64,000 nucleotides of DNA from Anthoceros angustus (taxonomy: Eukaryota; Plantae; Anthocerotophyta): the NCBI GenBank assembly GCA_010909165.1, contig VJWM01000106.1, positions 248,001 through 312,000 on the forward strand, in the 5' to 3' direction. The position numbers and the translations under genes are program-made. Positions within the stretch are counted from its first letter, which is position 1. Every line of letters starts with the position of its first letter. The notes below the pieces were generated by a model. The model saw only the letters and a program-made list of their open reading frames with translations, was not told the DNA's origin and searched no databases. Positions 1-13,001 of this stretch are shown here, piece after piece.

Positions 1-81
1 ATTTGATTGGTAGTCCTTTTTCAATTCATGTCGTACAATCTGGTACTTCCTCCACGTAGTTCATGTTGTGTTCATGCACAG

Positions 82-3000
82 ATTCGACCTAGTGCTGGTC
101 AGGCATTGAATGTCACAGAAACTGCAGGAGGAGTGCGAGCATCTTACTGCAAGGCATTTATTTCACCAGCAAGTGCCAATGTGCAGGCAGGTGAAGCAAC
201 CTCCGTAACTATACATGCGTATGATGCCAGGGGCAATGCACCGTCAGCAGTCGATTACGACTTTGCTGTGGAGGTCAATCCACATCCCAGTATTAGCTCT
301 GCGTACTTCACCGCGCATCTCCAGAAGGCAGCTGCAGGAAGCTTCCTCGCTACACTGAATGTGACAGACGCTGGTGATTATACACTGTTTGTTACCCTCT
401 TCGGGACAAGGATTGGAGGGGGACCGTATGACCTGCTGGTTTCTCCAGGTGGTCACTCATCCATCTCAGCTTAATGCTTATCCTCTAGTGCAGGTTGCTT
501 TCTTTACAGTGCATCAAGCACACAACATCGTCATGCATGACCTTTTATTTGCTGTTGTCCTACACACCAGCAAGCTGGGCAGTGGAGACGAGTGAGGCAA
601 CTGGCTCAGGCCTTCAAAATCAGACTGCTGCAGTTGGATATGCACTTGCAGTGCAACTAAGCGATCAGTATGGAAATTTCATCACGATGGCAACGGAGGG
701 AACATTTCCTGACAGCTTCTCAGTTGATGTGGTGGGGGATGCTGTGGTTAATTACTCTTCCAAGCTGATGCCCAATGGAAATGGAACATATTCTGGAAGC
801 ATTGACTGGACTCATACAGGCGTGTATATTGTATATGTTCACCTGGGCAAACAGCAAGTCAAGGATAGCCCCTTCTCAATCACTATCTCCCCTGGTAGGC
901 TTCCCGATTTTCGTAGTTCACCCTCAAGGCTCATCAGAAGTTCAGGTGAAGTGCAGTGGAGTGATACAGGACCGCTATCCTTGCAGGTTCAGTCTTTGTC
1001 CCTTTATGCATCGGCTTGGGTTCAGGTTTAAGAACAGCAATAGCACAGAGACCACAGCATATCTGGGTGCAGCTTAAAGACGTCTTTGGCAATGATCCAT
1101 CTGACGGCATCGATGAAGAAGGAAACTCGGTTGCGTTTTTTTTTCTCATTGGAGACAATGGCCAGCAGCCAAACGATTTCAAAAGGCTTACTAGCGGGTT
1201 ATACTATGCGATTTATGTTGTTTTCGAGGTTGGTCAATATCAGCTATCAATCAAGTCATCTAACGACTTGCACATCAGTTCCAGCCCGTTCGTAATCGAT
1301 GTGACATCAAGTAAGCCAAGGTTTTTGGGGGTTAGTCTTGATTCCAAAATGACACATTTGATGGATCTTCTGGCTACTGCAGACTATCTGCAGGATGTCC
1401 CAGCTGGGCCTGTTCTGTGTTCTTTCAAGAGTCTGAGTGCAAGCACTGTCCTATTGCTGCCGTACATCTTGTCAATGCCCTCGTCACTAAAATCTGTAGA
1501 AGACCATCCAGTTCCTCTCCAAGGGTATTTTCCCAGCTGTTAGTTTACGCTTCACGATAGCATGGCAACCAGTGTGCTAAATATGTCCGCTGTTCAACTG
1601 AAACAGGGGTTTACCATGCATGGAGGTGGGCTACAAGGATGCGAATGTGCATTTGAGTGTGACAGTGTCCGCTTCGCACGGACTTCTATATTTCGTACCG
1701 ACAATGGCAGATTTGTGGATACAAGTGACTGCACAATCTCAAGCTTCAATACTTATCGCAAGTACACAGGAAGCATATGATGACCAAGCAAACAGGGCGC
1801 TGCGGTTCTCAGGATCTATCCCAGCCATAGGTGCAGCCCTTCAGGCAATAGCATACACAGGGTACAAACATTTTGCATTGAACTTTGAGAGCCACGGTTT
1901 CAGGCAGTGGCTTAGCTTGCTACGCTGATTAATTGCTAAACCTGGTCGTGTTTCTTTGCAGGGCTAAGCACTACAATGGAAATGATACGATTTCTTTGCA
2001 CCTGTCCTATCCCGGTGGAGCTGGTCTTGCATTAAGTGGTGATGAGATGACAACTGTGTTGCAGATACTGGCAGTGAATGACCCACCTTACATTATTGCG
2101 AATCCCACCATCGTAGCTACCTGGATTTCGGGAAATGTGTACGGGATCTCAGTGGGAGATCCAGACCAGTTTGATGTTCGAAGTATGTGTCGTACATTTT
2201 GTCCTGGCATAACTAGAGTCTCCAGCAAGCAGCTTTTTCTTCAATCTGTCGGGAAATGATAGAAACCTGTTACTGTCTTAATCTGCTTCACAGCTGATAT
2301 GAAAGTTCTACTACTTCAAGTCTGTTTGACTGTCAGCATCGGCCAGATCTCTTTGAAGCTTATAAGCAGCAAAGAGCTGAACGCCTCAACCTATCAAGGT
2401 AATAAGTGGACTACCGTACCCAGGGCTACGGTTGGCAGTCGTATCGTGGTCGATAGTCAGGGCATCTGCTTCACAGCTTCAGTTCAAGACTGCAACACAG
2501 CTTTGGGATCATCCCTTATATGGTACCAACAGGTGATACATCAACCCTTGAAGACCACTGCATTTACCCTGTTCTACAGATACTTCAAACTTTGCACATT
2601 CGGAGAAAATGGCACTATTGCTATTCTGTTTCATGGGTCTCGATGTCTGTCGACCTGGTTAAGTGGCCCTGAGTTGCTTCTCTTGCTGTAGGCTGGTCCG
2701 AAATTGATAGGAAACCTAACAGTGACAGTCAACGACCTGGGCAATTTTGGATGCTTCGGTGACTGCTCCAGCAGCCGTGTTGTCCCTCTTCAAGCCACTG
2801 CCTTAATTAAGCTGCTTCCAGGCCGGAAACCACCCATGCAAGGTCTTGGATAACATTTCTTTGCTTGCCCCATGTTGATTGTCTGGAGATCAGCAGACAG
2901 TTTCGCACAACAGCTATGTTTGTGGCATGGGACCTGCCATCAAACGCAAAATCAAGTCCTGACGTGATGCTGGATTGCAGGTCGTACCGGGTTTATCGTA

Positions 3001-3632
3001 GGCAGCAGTGTGGGATCAGTTGGCTGCTTTGTGGTCATCTTGGTGCTGTTATTCCTGTGTCGCCGACATAACCGGTTTTGTGGTTATCTGGAAGTGTACA
3101 CCTCTCGTCGACTTGAGAAATGGCTAGGGATTGATTCCAGTGCTTTGCGCGCACCTGTGGACTCTCAGGTAGCCTGTACGAATAGATGCATTGCACAAAT
3201 ACCGTCTGTAGATTCTTATTTCCTTGGAAAACTCCTGCAGGGATATAGTCCGCCGTGGATATTAACGCTGCCACAGGGTGAGGAACCTTTGAAGTTTGTG
3301 TACGGCGAATTTACTGGTGAAGATTCTGGTGTGAAGCTTTCACAGACTGTGAGTAGCAGCAGCCTGCTCATCTGGCTCTATTACAGCACCGTTTGAATTG
3401 GTGTACTGAAGCGTGTTTGTTTCAGGCACTGGACCAGTTCTGGGCTGGGGCTCTGGCCATGAGCTTGCCACCGCCCGCTGACGATGAAAGCCTGGGATCT
3501 GCTTCTGAAGGTAGCGATCATGGTGACAATCCTGTTGCCTCCGAGGAGCATGTCACCTCAGAAGCAATCCCAGAAGCAGGCAATGAGCCCATGTCTTTTT
3601 ACAAAACCTCAATTGTGGCAATGACGCCATAA
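82..3632 (+). CDS. GEX2: GEX2-like gamete-expressed filamin/Ig-repeat single-pass membrane protein (multi-exon; 5' end lies outside the window)
   Basis: Three successive filamin-type repeats in spliced exons (VTIHAYDARGN..GDYTLFVTL..PYDLLVSPG; AVQLSDQYGN..GNGTYSG..PFSITISPG; WVQLKDVFGN..GQYQLSI..PFVIDV). These are followed by a cadherin-like segment (KHYNGNDTISL..LAVNDPPYI), a hydrophobic TM segment (VGCFVVILVLLFLCRR, ~3010-3065) and a short acidic tail ending TAA at 3632. GT-AG sites fit at 82, 448/571 and 894. The domain order matches what I recall for GEX2. Confidence 0.75.
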
Positions 3633-3722
3633 ATTGCTGCTAAGCCTGTGTCCGAAAACGACTCAGACCCTACGCACACATGAATGTCACATTATGTACA
3701 CTACAAAAAGCTCAATGATCCA

Positions 3723-5836
3723 TCATAAGGCCATGTCTTCTTCGCTTTCATCGTCGTCAAACTGTTGAGCTATTGTGTGGAGGTTGGTAGTGGGCAGCTT
3801 CAAAGGTGCAAGGAATCCAGACGGCAAGACGAGTTTGGCCATCAATAGCCCGAGGGTGATAGCCAAAGCCACCACCGTCATATCGAAAACGAAACCCATT
3901 CCGGCCATGACATCATCTTCCAGCAGAGCAGTAACCCCCTTGATTCCAATCCCACCAGGAACCAAGAGCAGGATTCCCGAGAACAGCATGACCAAGGGCA
4001 AGTCACCCGTGAAGTAGGAGTAGGAAGTGCCTGTAAAATACATGCAACCGAGACAGACTTGAGCACCAATCCGTTCCTAGATGTGCATCATGGAACTCAA
4101 TTGCCTTCCAGAGGGGCAGGGGCAGACCTGTCACTCCAATTGCGAAGGCTGCGATGATGGTGGAAGCACTGTTCCCGAGGTGTGTACTCGCCAGAGTCTT
4201 TGCCACCCACCCCACAAAAGCAGCCAGGGTCATTCCAGGCCATTGGTTCAGTCGAGAGTGGAGCAAGATGTTCAACGACAGGGCGTAGCCCAGGAACCTG
4301 CTCAGATTCAGATGGACAAGCAGAGATCAGACAATGCTGGAAGGTTCGGACACTTGGAAGGGAATGTTGGCATCCCTACCAGACGACGCTCCAGTAGGGT
4401 GCGAGATTTGATGCCCCACAAGCAGTTTCCTTTGGCTTCGGTACCCAGAATATGATGTCGTCCCCTATTGCTAGCCCGAAACCGATCTGCAGTGATGAGA
4501 ATAGTGCAGAAATGATGCGTGACGAGCCAGTCACTTGAGCACTTGCCACCATGTCGCTAACTCCTAAGGTGAGCGTCAGCCCTGACAGATGACCATGTGC
4601 AAGGCATCCAGATATCAGTGTCTGTGTCTAAGTGCAACAAGTTATTGCAATGTTCCACTGCCATCCATACCTGGAAGCACACGGCACAAGGAGCCAAGCG
4701 CCAGTGCGTAGTAGCAAATGCGGCGCGAGGTGATGTACACAGACAGTAATCTTGCCAGGAAGGAGACCACCAAGGAAGAGACGAACTTGAAGACGTTGGC
4801 AAAGAGGGAGGACTGCGGTTGAAAGCTGTCCAGAAGCCCCACCACAAGGCCCAGCACGAGAGCCAAGCAGGCATCCCAAAGACTGCCTGTAAGATCAACC
4901 ACAGGGGCTCAGCTCAGCCTCGATCAGATGACAAGGTGCAGTGACGGAGGCTATCGCCCTTACCTTCAAACAGGAGAAGCGCAGCACAGGCAGCTGATAC
5001 AGAGAAGCCAAGCAGTCTCCAATACAATCTTCCAAACTCAGGAGTTGCATTAGCAATGGCCTTGAGCCGCCAGTAGGCCAGAACCAGAGGGCTGTCCGCG
5101 AGGCCGGCATTGTTGGCAAGCTGGTCTGCACGGCCCAATTTATCCGCGTCGTACCCAGACTCGACCTTGAGGAGGTGCACTTCCGCCGGCCTGTGCCACA
5201 AGCCTCGCACAAACCCATCAGAATCAGCTGCTTCCAGTGGAGGGGCGATGGGCCTCCGATTCAGACAGTGCGCACCTTTGATGGCTGTCGTTGTCGAAGG
5301 AGAGGCAGATGAGGGAAGGGAAGACGGCGATTTCGGCCTCTACTTCCAGCCGGGCAGCCGCCTTCTCAATCAGGTACTCGGTCCTCGAGGCCGAGCTGCC
5401 GTAGCTGTGCAGGGACGTTGCCAGCCGGATCAGAAACTTCCTGCGCAGGTGCTCGTTGAAGTGAGACTCCGGAGGCTTGCTCTGCCACACCCGGACTGGC
5501 AGGAAAGCAAAGACCCATCAGAGCAAGGAAGGCCACAAATCCGCCACGCTGATTAAATCAAAACTTGCCCACGCACAGCGCAGAACGAAATCCTAATCCC
5601 GCTCCAGCACAACCAAACAAACAGATTGCAGACTCACGGATCTCCTCCTCTGTCAGCTTGGGCCGAGCCGGCTGCTGCTGCTGCTCCTGCTGCTCTCCCG
5701 GCTTCTTGGCTGCCTTCTTCTTGCGCGGCGAGGCATTGCTGCCGGATCCAGCCGCGCCTGCTGCAGCTCCGAGCAGCTTTTGTTTGAGGCCGGAAGAGAG
5801 GGGCATGTTTCGGAGGTTCTCACGACCCAGCTGCAC
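3723..5836 (-). CDS. Threonine/serine exporter (ThrE/DUF1212, PRM10-like) multi-pass membrane protein; multi-exon, 5' end uncertain (possibly up to ATG 6440)
   Basis: ThrE N-terminal signature RKFLIRLATSLHSYGSSASRTEYLIE (5224-5490). Hydrophobic exons follow (LVLGLVVGLL..FVSSLVVSFLA; LAAFVGW..STIIAAFAIGV), then a ThrE_2-like end SGILLLVPGGIGIKG..FDMTVVALAITLGLLMA with TGA at 3723. Confidence 0.75.
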
Positions 5837-8203
5837 ACAGACAAGCTCCTGGGAGCATTGAGCTGATCTACATATTCCGGGGCACGGAAAATGCGAGCTT
5901 CCGATACGTCACCAACAACTTGGCGCAGGAACGCCTGGAGGGCGGCAGGAAATCAATGTGCAAGCGTGAAACGCCGAGCGCTTCGGCCGTTATCGGCGCT
6001 CAGCTCCCAGCCACCTGACGCACTCCAAACATGTGGCTCCTATCGTGAAGCGCTAGATTGTCTACAGTTTCAGTCAGCAAGAGGCTGCGTCTGTTTTGCC
6101 GACTTCGCCGATGAGGCTGGCTGGCTGCCCTGGCACGAATTCTTGGCACCCTTGAAGCACGGCACTGGCAGGGGTCGTGCAGCACACTGGACCTATCAGA
6201 TGAGCTGGAGAGAAAAGGAGAGCTCTCACATTCTCTCCTGTTCTAACAAGTGACACTGTATCATGTCATCCCTTCTACTACTTTTGGGGACCTCGTGAGA
6301 CGGACAGAGTAATGTGTGGCACGAGATTCCCACAGGATCGTTAATTTCCTCAATGTGGGTGAGGATCTCCTGCAAGCTTGGGGGGTGTCAGCTCCGAACC
6401 TGTCAGCAGCCATGAGAAGTTTAAATGTTGAGCCTTCCATGTCTGGCTCTCCAAACCAGCATGTCATCACACGCTCTGTTTCCCCTCCGACCTAGAGTAA
6501 GCAAGACAACTGAGATAACGATTTCTAGGAAGAGCTTCCATAAACAAGTACCTGCTGTGGTTGCCGAGTCTCAACATCCTTCACCAACTTGACGGGAACC
6601 TACACTGGCTTCAAATGTGTGCCCACCACCATTGCCTTGGCTGAAAAGTAAGCACGCTGTAGAAACGAGCAATGCCCTCTCATTGGCCTCGGAGCTCTAG
6701 AACGGCAAGTGTGTTCCCCAGAAACATATCCATATGCTCAAAAGTTGCCATGCTAAACCAGCACCATTTTGCTTCTGACTGAAGCTCCCAACCATCATCG
6801 TCCACTAAAAACAGTGGATGCTCCTCCAAAACCTACAAGATCACACAGTACTCAGCTTCACCTACACTCCCCACGTCTCGCGGCTGTCCTAAGGTCGGAG
6901 CCTCTCAAGATAGCAGTTGCATTCACCAAAGGAAAAGAGGAAGACAGTAAGCTCACAACCTTTTCAGCGCAAGCTTTGATCGCATACGGAGGAGGTCCTG
7001 AGCAATGAGCATCCTGCAACCTACTTCTCGTTGCCACCGGTGACCCAAGAGTCTCATGCATTGTTCACAGCTCTGAATTCGTGGGGCTCTCCACCCAGTC
7101 ATAGGTCAGGAGCTTCCAAAATTTGCAACAGTGAGATCAAGCCCTTGTTCCTACTTCTCCGTTGTCTCAAAACTTAGCCAATCTTATGAGTTCATGTGCT
7201 CAACGAAAGCTGCCCTTTCTCTGGTGGAATTATGTGTAAGATCACGGTGGTATAACCTCAAATGCCTATCACTTATGTATGACGAAACAAATATTTTTTT
7301 TCGTCAAACAAGAAATAAATTTTGATAAAATATGCTAATTTTATCTGATTTCATAGCTCCCTTTTACTTGGTTAGTTAGGGAGCTCTTTGAAGGTTGGTG
7401 CATCTTCATGTGGTTCTGCCAGCCAGCCATTATTAAAGGTAGTTTGGTGCGCATGAAGTTCAAAAATAATTTTCAAGATAGATTATTTAAATGAAAAATA
7501 ATCTACTACTTTATTTTTATACATATGCAACGGCCTCCTTTCTGTATAAGGTTTAAATAAGAGTGGAGTATCTATAATATTTATAATTTAGTGAATAGAA
7601 TATATTACTAAAATTATTATTATTTGATATATTTTACTCCAAAAGATATGTCTCAAATATCTACCTAGTAGAGAAAAGAAGAATTCATAGACCATTTTGA
7701 CTCATGAGGTTAGAACCTTTTCAAACGTTTTGTTGTTGTATATCCTCTTCGTGTTTGGTTCATATTTTGTTGTAAAGCTCAAAGTTCTCTAAAAATCATA
7801 TTGTACAATATATTACAAATTTGACTTCTTATTTACTTTCACAATACCATGTGGTTTCTTAATACTTGCCAATAGTTTCCTGCAAGACATCTGTAAATGA
7901 AAGTTGGAAAAAGGAAGTTTCTAATTATTATTTTAGTTAAAATCAGGAATACAATGCAATGCATATTAATTGAAGATATTATACCTTTATTATATAGATG
8001 TACCTAATAAATTTTAAATAGAGCAAGCTTGAGTTAAGGAATAAGACATAATATTTTCACTTTGAAAAAGAAATAATTTGAAGATAATAATTGATTGTAT
8101 ACAATCCATTTTTGATGGGTGGGTCCCTTCTTGGACTTTGAACCAGTAAAAATATATTTTTCTTGATATATAAATGTTGAAAAAGAATCATATGATAAGA
8201 AGT

Positions 8204-10000
8204 TCATTGTAAAACATTTTTTGCTTTGAGCTCTTTTCTAATGTCTATTATGACCCTTTCAATAACTTTGTGATGTGCGCCAGGATTAAGATCCAAATAA
8301 TATTGAAACAAGTCTTCAATAGCTTCAGGTCTATTCTCAAGTTGTTCTTCATCAATCATCTCCATCATAGAGTTTTTAAAATCAAAATAGGGATCCGTTG
8401 AGTGTTTTATTATTACTCCACTCTCTCCCGTTTCATAGAACCCGTTCTTTTGTTCCAAGTCCTCTGCACGTTGTTCCTTATCAATAGTTTTCATGTTGGA
8501 CTTTGTTGTTGCAGGGCTATCACTAGTTGAACTCTCCAAAAAATTCATCTTATTTCTTGCATCATTGATGCCGTCAATTCTAACCGGAGTGACCGTAATG
8601 TTGTCCTTGCATTTTGCAGATGGTGACAGTTGATCAAAATCTTTTGTATCTCGTGGAGAACAACATTCTGTACTTGGGGTATCAGTGGTAGATCTATCTA
8701 CCAGCAGTTGAGATGACGGCTTTTCAATAGTTGCTCGTTTGAAAATTGATTTACTTGTCGAAGATCGTTTTTGAGGCTCAATTGTACTCCTTGGCACATT
8801 GTGCGAAAGAGAAACCTTACTTCTAGAGCCACGTAGCTTGGATCGTCTTGGTGGAACCTTTTCTATCTCTGAACTAGAGTCGGAATCCGTTAAAACTCTA
8901 TCATTCAGATTGGTACTATCCAGAGTAGGATGCTCTAAACTAGAGGATCCTGGCATATAATATGTTTTACTTTGATTCCTCTTCATGTTGTCAGTTGGAT
9001 AACGGCGTTCTACTAATTTCCTTGTAGTTTTCTCCTGTCCAGGCCCCACCATGTTTTCTTGATTGTCATTGAATTTTTTCTCATGTACATCCAAAGGTTT
9101 TTCAACCAGTACTCTTGAAGTTGCTTGCTTACTTAGCTTTGTTTCATAATGACGATTGTTTGTAAAAAATCTCTCAGATATAGGAGGGGGCCTCATTTGT
9201 ATGGTGTCTAGATCATCATACGAGCTCATGTAGACGTTTGTTGAAGCAGGTGTTTCTGTATGTTGAATTGCCAACTTAGGCATTCGACTAAATGAGAATC
9301 TAGTAGAATCTTGACTTGGGGATGATGGCCGAGATGTTAACATATTATTGTGATAAAATGCAGCTCTTGAACGGGGTGACTTATCTTGTTGAGAAAGACG
9401 ATCAAAGGGAGCTTTGTAATGACAAGCATGACAAGTGTTTTCTGGCTTGTTGGATATATCTAAGAGTTGAGAAAATGGAGCTGGAGCATAACACTTGGGT
9501 GTCCTATCTGTATAGATAGGCACTGAAACAGGCCTTGTCGGGCCACAGCCTCTGTGACATCTTGGATGTCTCACAGGACATGCTGTGGTTGGTCTCCTCA
9601 ATAATGCTGGATACAACTCAACATCCCAAGGATTCTTTTTCCTTTCCGTAAGAGAACTAATAGATTGAATCCTTCGACACATGTTTCGTACATTTCGAAC
9701 GTGCTGAAAAGCCTCAAATGGGCTTGAGGAATTTAGATAATGAAGTGGCTCAAACGAGTGCAACACTCCTTTTCTTGCCCTCCTGTTCTTGCTCAAAACA
9801 TCCGCAGTTCGTGCCGGATCTAAGCAAGAAAATCCTGTGTACGCAGTGTCTTTGATTTTAGCGACACGACGGTAAGTCTCTCTTATTTCTGCCATATCAT
9901 CTTGCCATACAAGAGGCTTTCCAACCTTATGGTTGACATGTTTGGTACAACTTGTATAAGGAGAATCCCTTCTTGGATTCCGAAACTCCAAACCAGCCAT
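8204..10000 (-). CDS. OFP: OVATE family protein (OFP transcriptional repressor), intronless, 598 aa
   Basis: Uninterrupted 1797-bp ORF. The C-terminal OVATE domain reads VIIKHSTDPYFDFKNSMMEMIDEEQL..IEDLFQYYLDLNPGAHHKVIERVIIDI. Confidence 0.9.
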   Translation of the reverse strand: MAGLEFRNPRRDSPYTSCTKHVNHKVGKPLVWQDDMAEIRETYRRVAKIKDTAYTGFSCLDPARTADVLSKNRRARKGVLHSFEPLHYLNSSSPFEAFQHVRNVRNMCRRIQSISSLTERKKNPWDVELYPALLRRPTTACPVRHPRCHRGCGPTRPVSVPIYTDRTPKCYAPAPFSQLLDISNKPENTCHACHYKAPFDRLSQQDKSPRSRAAFYHNNMLTSRPSSPSQDSTRFSFSRMPKLAIQHTETPASTNVYMSSYDDLDTIQMRPPPISERFFTNNRHYETKLSKQATSRVLVEKPLDVHEKKFNDNQENMVGPGQEKTTRKLVERRYPTDNMKRNQSKTYYMPGSSSLEHPTLDSTNLNDRVLTDSDSSSEIEKVPPRRSKLRGSRSKVSLSHNVPRSTIEPQKRSSTSKSIFKRATIEKPSSQLLVDRSTTDTPSTECCSPRDTKDFDQLSPSAKCKDNITVTPVRIDGINDARNKMNFLESSTSDSPATTKSNMKTIDKEQRAEDLEQKNGFYETGESGVIIKHSTDPYFDFKNSMMEMIDEEQLENRPEAIEDLFQYYLDLNPGAHHKVIERVIIDIRKELKAKNVLQ

Positions 10001-11186
10001 AATATAATATGTGGCCTGCTAATAATCACAACTACATTTAGGATTCTCCATCGTGTTGACTGAAATTAGGGACATACTCAACATATCAAAAAAGAGGAAC
10101 ATCAAAGCTCAAAATTACCTCAAATCAATATTATGTCTGGAAAAAAGTCACATTTGATCCTCCTTGTGCACCCATATTTTTCTTTTCCTTGGCAAGACAT
10201 CCCAGGTACAGTTGCATGCCATAAGTGCTTATATAAACCCTCAACCAAATTTCATCTAGATATATTTCTTCCTTCCAATAATTGGAGACAACAACTCCAT
10301 AAGTGTTCATCCAAGAGTTGAAATTTCAATGCCCTGCAAAAAAAAACCTATGGAAACTTAGTTACAACATTTTAACGCCATCTTCAAAGATACACATATT
10401 TCTTTGACATCAAACCTTGTCATATCTTCCAGGACATACAAATAGCGGAGACAAACGATACCTAAGCAATCAAAAGTGCCAAGTCCTTTGAAGCTCCGTG
10501 GTAATGTTGATAAAACACATATCATGCACAGCACATCGAGCCAGAGCCACATCGATTGCTATGGTCGTCTCATTGATGCATAATTTGATAAATTCCAAGT
10601 GGCAAGTATTCAAGACCAATTGCAATTTAGCAGCGAGCTCCAACAACCGCTGGCACCTCGAGGAGGGAGAGACGACGAAGCTCCCTAGCAGCCACTTTTG
10701 CAAGCTGCTGGTGTTTCCGGCAATTTTGGTGCTGCCGTGGTTTGGACGCTGTTTGCCTTTCCCCGCGGCTTCCGCGTGGAGCTGGGTTGCGGCAAGAAAG
10801 TCCGGAATTTAATAAATCATTTTTACGATTACCTCAAGCCGGGAAGGTGAAAGAGTAAACGGAATTCGGTAGAAAAGAAAGAGTAAACGGACAGGGGCTC
10901 TCGAACGTGGCCGCAACAGGCGATGGTTGAGCTGGCCACATTGATCCCGTTCCGTTTTTAGGCATTCGAGGGATCCCTCCTGTGAGCATGTGTGGTGGGT
11001 TTGTCCGGAAGGTGGCAGATGGAGCTGCGGATTTGTGTTTATCATAGAGTGGTGCAAATCGCGTTCAGAGGGAGGGAGCTGCTGATTGAAGGTGAGATTT
11101 TTGTTGGGATGGTCTGGTATGTTGTGGTGCGTGGAAATTTGTTTAATTTGGTTGTGCGGGTCGTGTTGTTTGGTCGCAGTGAGGAT

Positions 11187-13001
11187 ATGGGAGCCGCCAA
11201 GGCAGACTTAGGGACCTTAGTAGATGAGTTCAGGTGGACAGGAGGAGCGAAACTTATTGGTGGTTCCAAGAGGTGTCGGATAAGTTGTGGAAGTGGTGAT
11301 GAAGACCTAGCAGCTGGGCAGGGTGTTGAAGGTCATTCTAGTTGTGGAATTCCAGTTGTTTCTCCTCCTTGGAAGAGGAGAGCGAGCAGGAGCTTGTTGT
11401 CTAGGTTTGAGTCTAAGGCGGAGGATGAGCAATGCGAAGAAAATGCAGCATGTTGCAAGTCAGAGTTTGGAGAGTGCCTGGAACAGCGCAGGTCAGGGCC
11501 AGCAGGTATGCTGGAGAAGGCCTTGGCTAAACTTGAGGCAGTGAAAGGTGCAGAGGCCAAGAAACGAGGGAGGAAGAACGTAGCCAAGAATCCGAAGCGT
11601 AGATCGAGGAGGAAAGAACATGGTGAGGAGAATGCCGTATCGGTGGAGGATGATGTGGGTGTGGATGGTGGTTGTTCTCATGTAGTTGCTGAATCGGTGA
11701 TGGTGGAAGCTAGGTTTAAGGGAGAAGAGCAGGACGACGGTGCTGCGGGGAGTTGTAGTAGGAAAAAGTCACTCGTCAGTTTGCATGGGGCTAGGAGAAG
11801 ATTGGAAGCAAGCCAGCATGCTGCTGACTTCGAGGCCGAGGATACCAAGATGTTGGAGGATATCAGTGTGGAGGATTCCTGTAGGCCTGGTGATGAGGAG
11901 TTGCAACAACGTGCATCAGTGAGCAGGGCCAGGGCTAAGCTGGAGGCAGTGAAGGCCAGCCAGCAGGCAAGTTGTGGGTTACGGCGGTCTAAGCGGAGCA
12001 TCAAGCCTGTGGTGCCAGCCTCCGTCTTATTTAGGGATGATGAAGAAGGGGGAGAGGGTGAAGGACTTCAAAGTCACTGGGAAGACGGTTGCTTCTCTAC
12101 GGATGACGAAGGTGCTAGAAGAAATGTAAAGCCCGCAAGACGAAAAGGTGTGAAGAAACGTAAAGCACCAAAATGTGCAGAGGAGAAGCATTCAGGTAAG
12201 GCCCAGAAATGTGAAACAAGGGTTAGGGCAGCGGATGTCGATACAAGGACAGGTCCGCTTCCGAGTAAGGAGCCGAGGGCTGCCTGGGTTCCTCCAGCAT
12301 CACCCTACGGTCTTATTCAGGAGACCCTGTACACAGACCCGTGGAAGACTCTTGTGGCATGCATGCTGCTGAACCAAACGTCCGGTCGCCAGGTGCGCTA
12401 CGTCCCCTTTTTGGTACCAAGCCCTTATAGCTCCAGAAGCAGCAGCAAGTGAATTCAGCACAAACTCCCTTGCGTAGGAAGGAAGTGACAGGTGTTGTGG
12501 GATCCCGCCTTACAGATGCATCAAGTGATTTGGAAGCTGTTCGAGCTGTGCCCAACAGCTGAAAGCGCTGTCACTGTCGAAACTGCCAAGATCGGCCAAG
12601 TGATCCGGTCCTTGGGCCTCCAAAACAAGCGTGCAAAAACGATCCAGCGATTCTCTGCCGAGTACCTGGAGGATGGCTGGACTGACGTCACTCAGCTACA
12701 CGGCATCGGCAGGTAGGATGCTGCTGCTGCTTGCCCTGACCAGTCTGTTCCACCGGGCCTGCCAAACGGATTTCTTTCCGTTCCCGTTTCCGTTTCCGTT
12801 TCCCTCCCCCTTCTCCAGTCGTCAGTTCTGACCAAACCTTGTTCACGGTTGCCTGCCCGAAGGTATGCTGCCGACGCGTATGCAATTTTCTGTGAGGGAC
12901 GGTGGATGGATGTGAGCCCCAACGATCACATGCTGAAAAAGTACTGGACGTGGCTGTGTGAGACCCAAGGACAAGGACATGGGTTCAAATCAGACTCGTG
13001 A
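11187..13001 (+). CDS. MBD4L: MBD4-like HhH-GPD DNA glycosylase; exons 11187-12392, 12516-12712, 12863-13001
   Basis: Motifs [67 protein letters not shown] and [28 protein letters not shown] join in frame across two GT-AG introns. The N-terminus is long and basic/disordered. Confidence 0.88.

Noticed and set aside
10992-11186. Upstream non-ATG extension of the MBD4L ORF
   Set aside because: It starts at GTG and reads like 5' UTR; the first in-frame ATG with plausible context used here is 11187, though an upstream ATG cannot be excluded.
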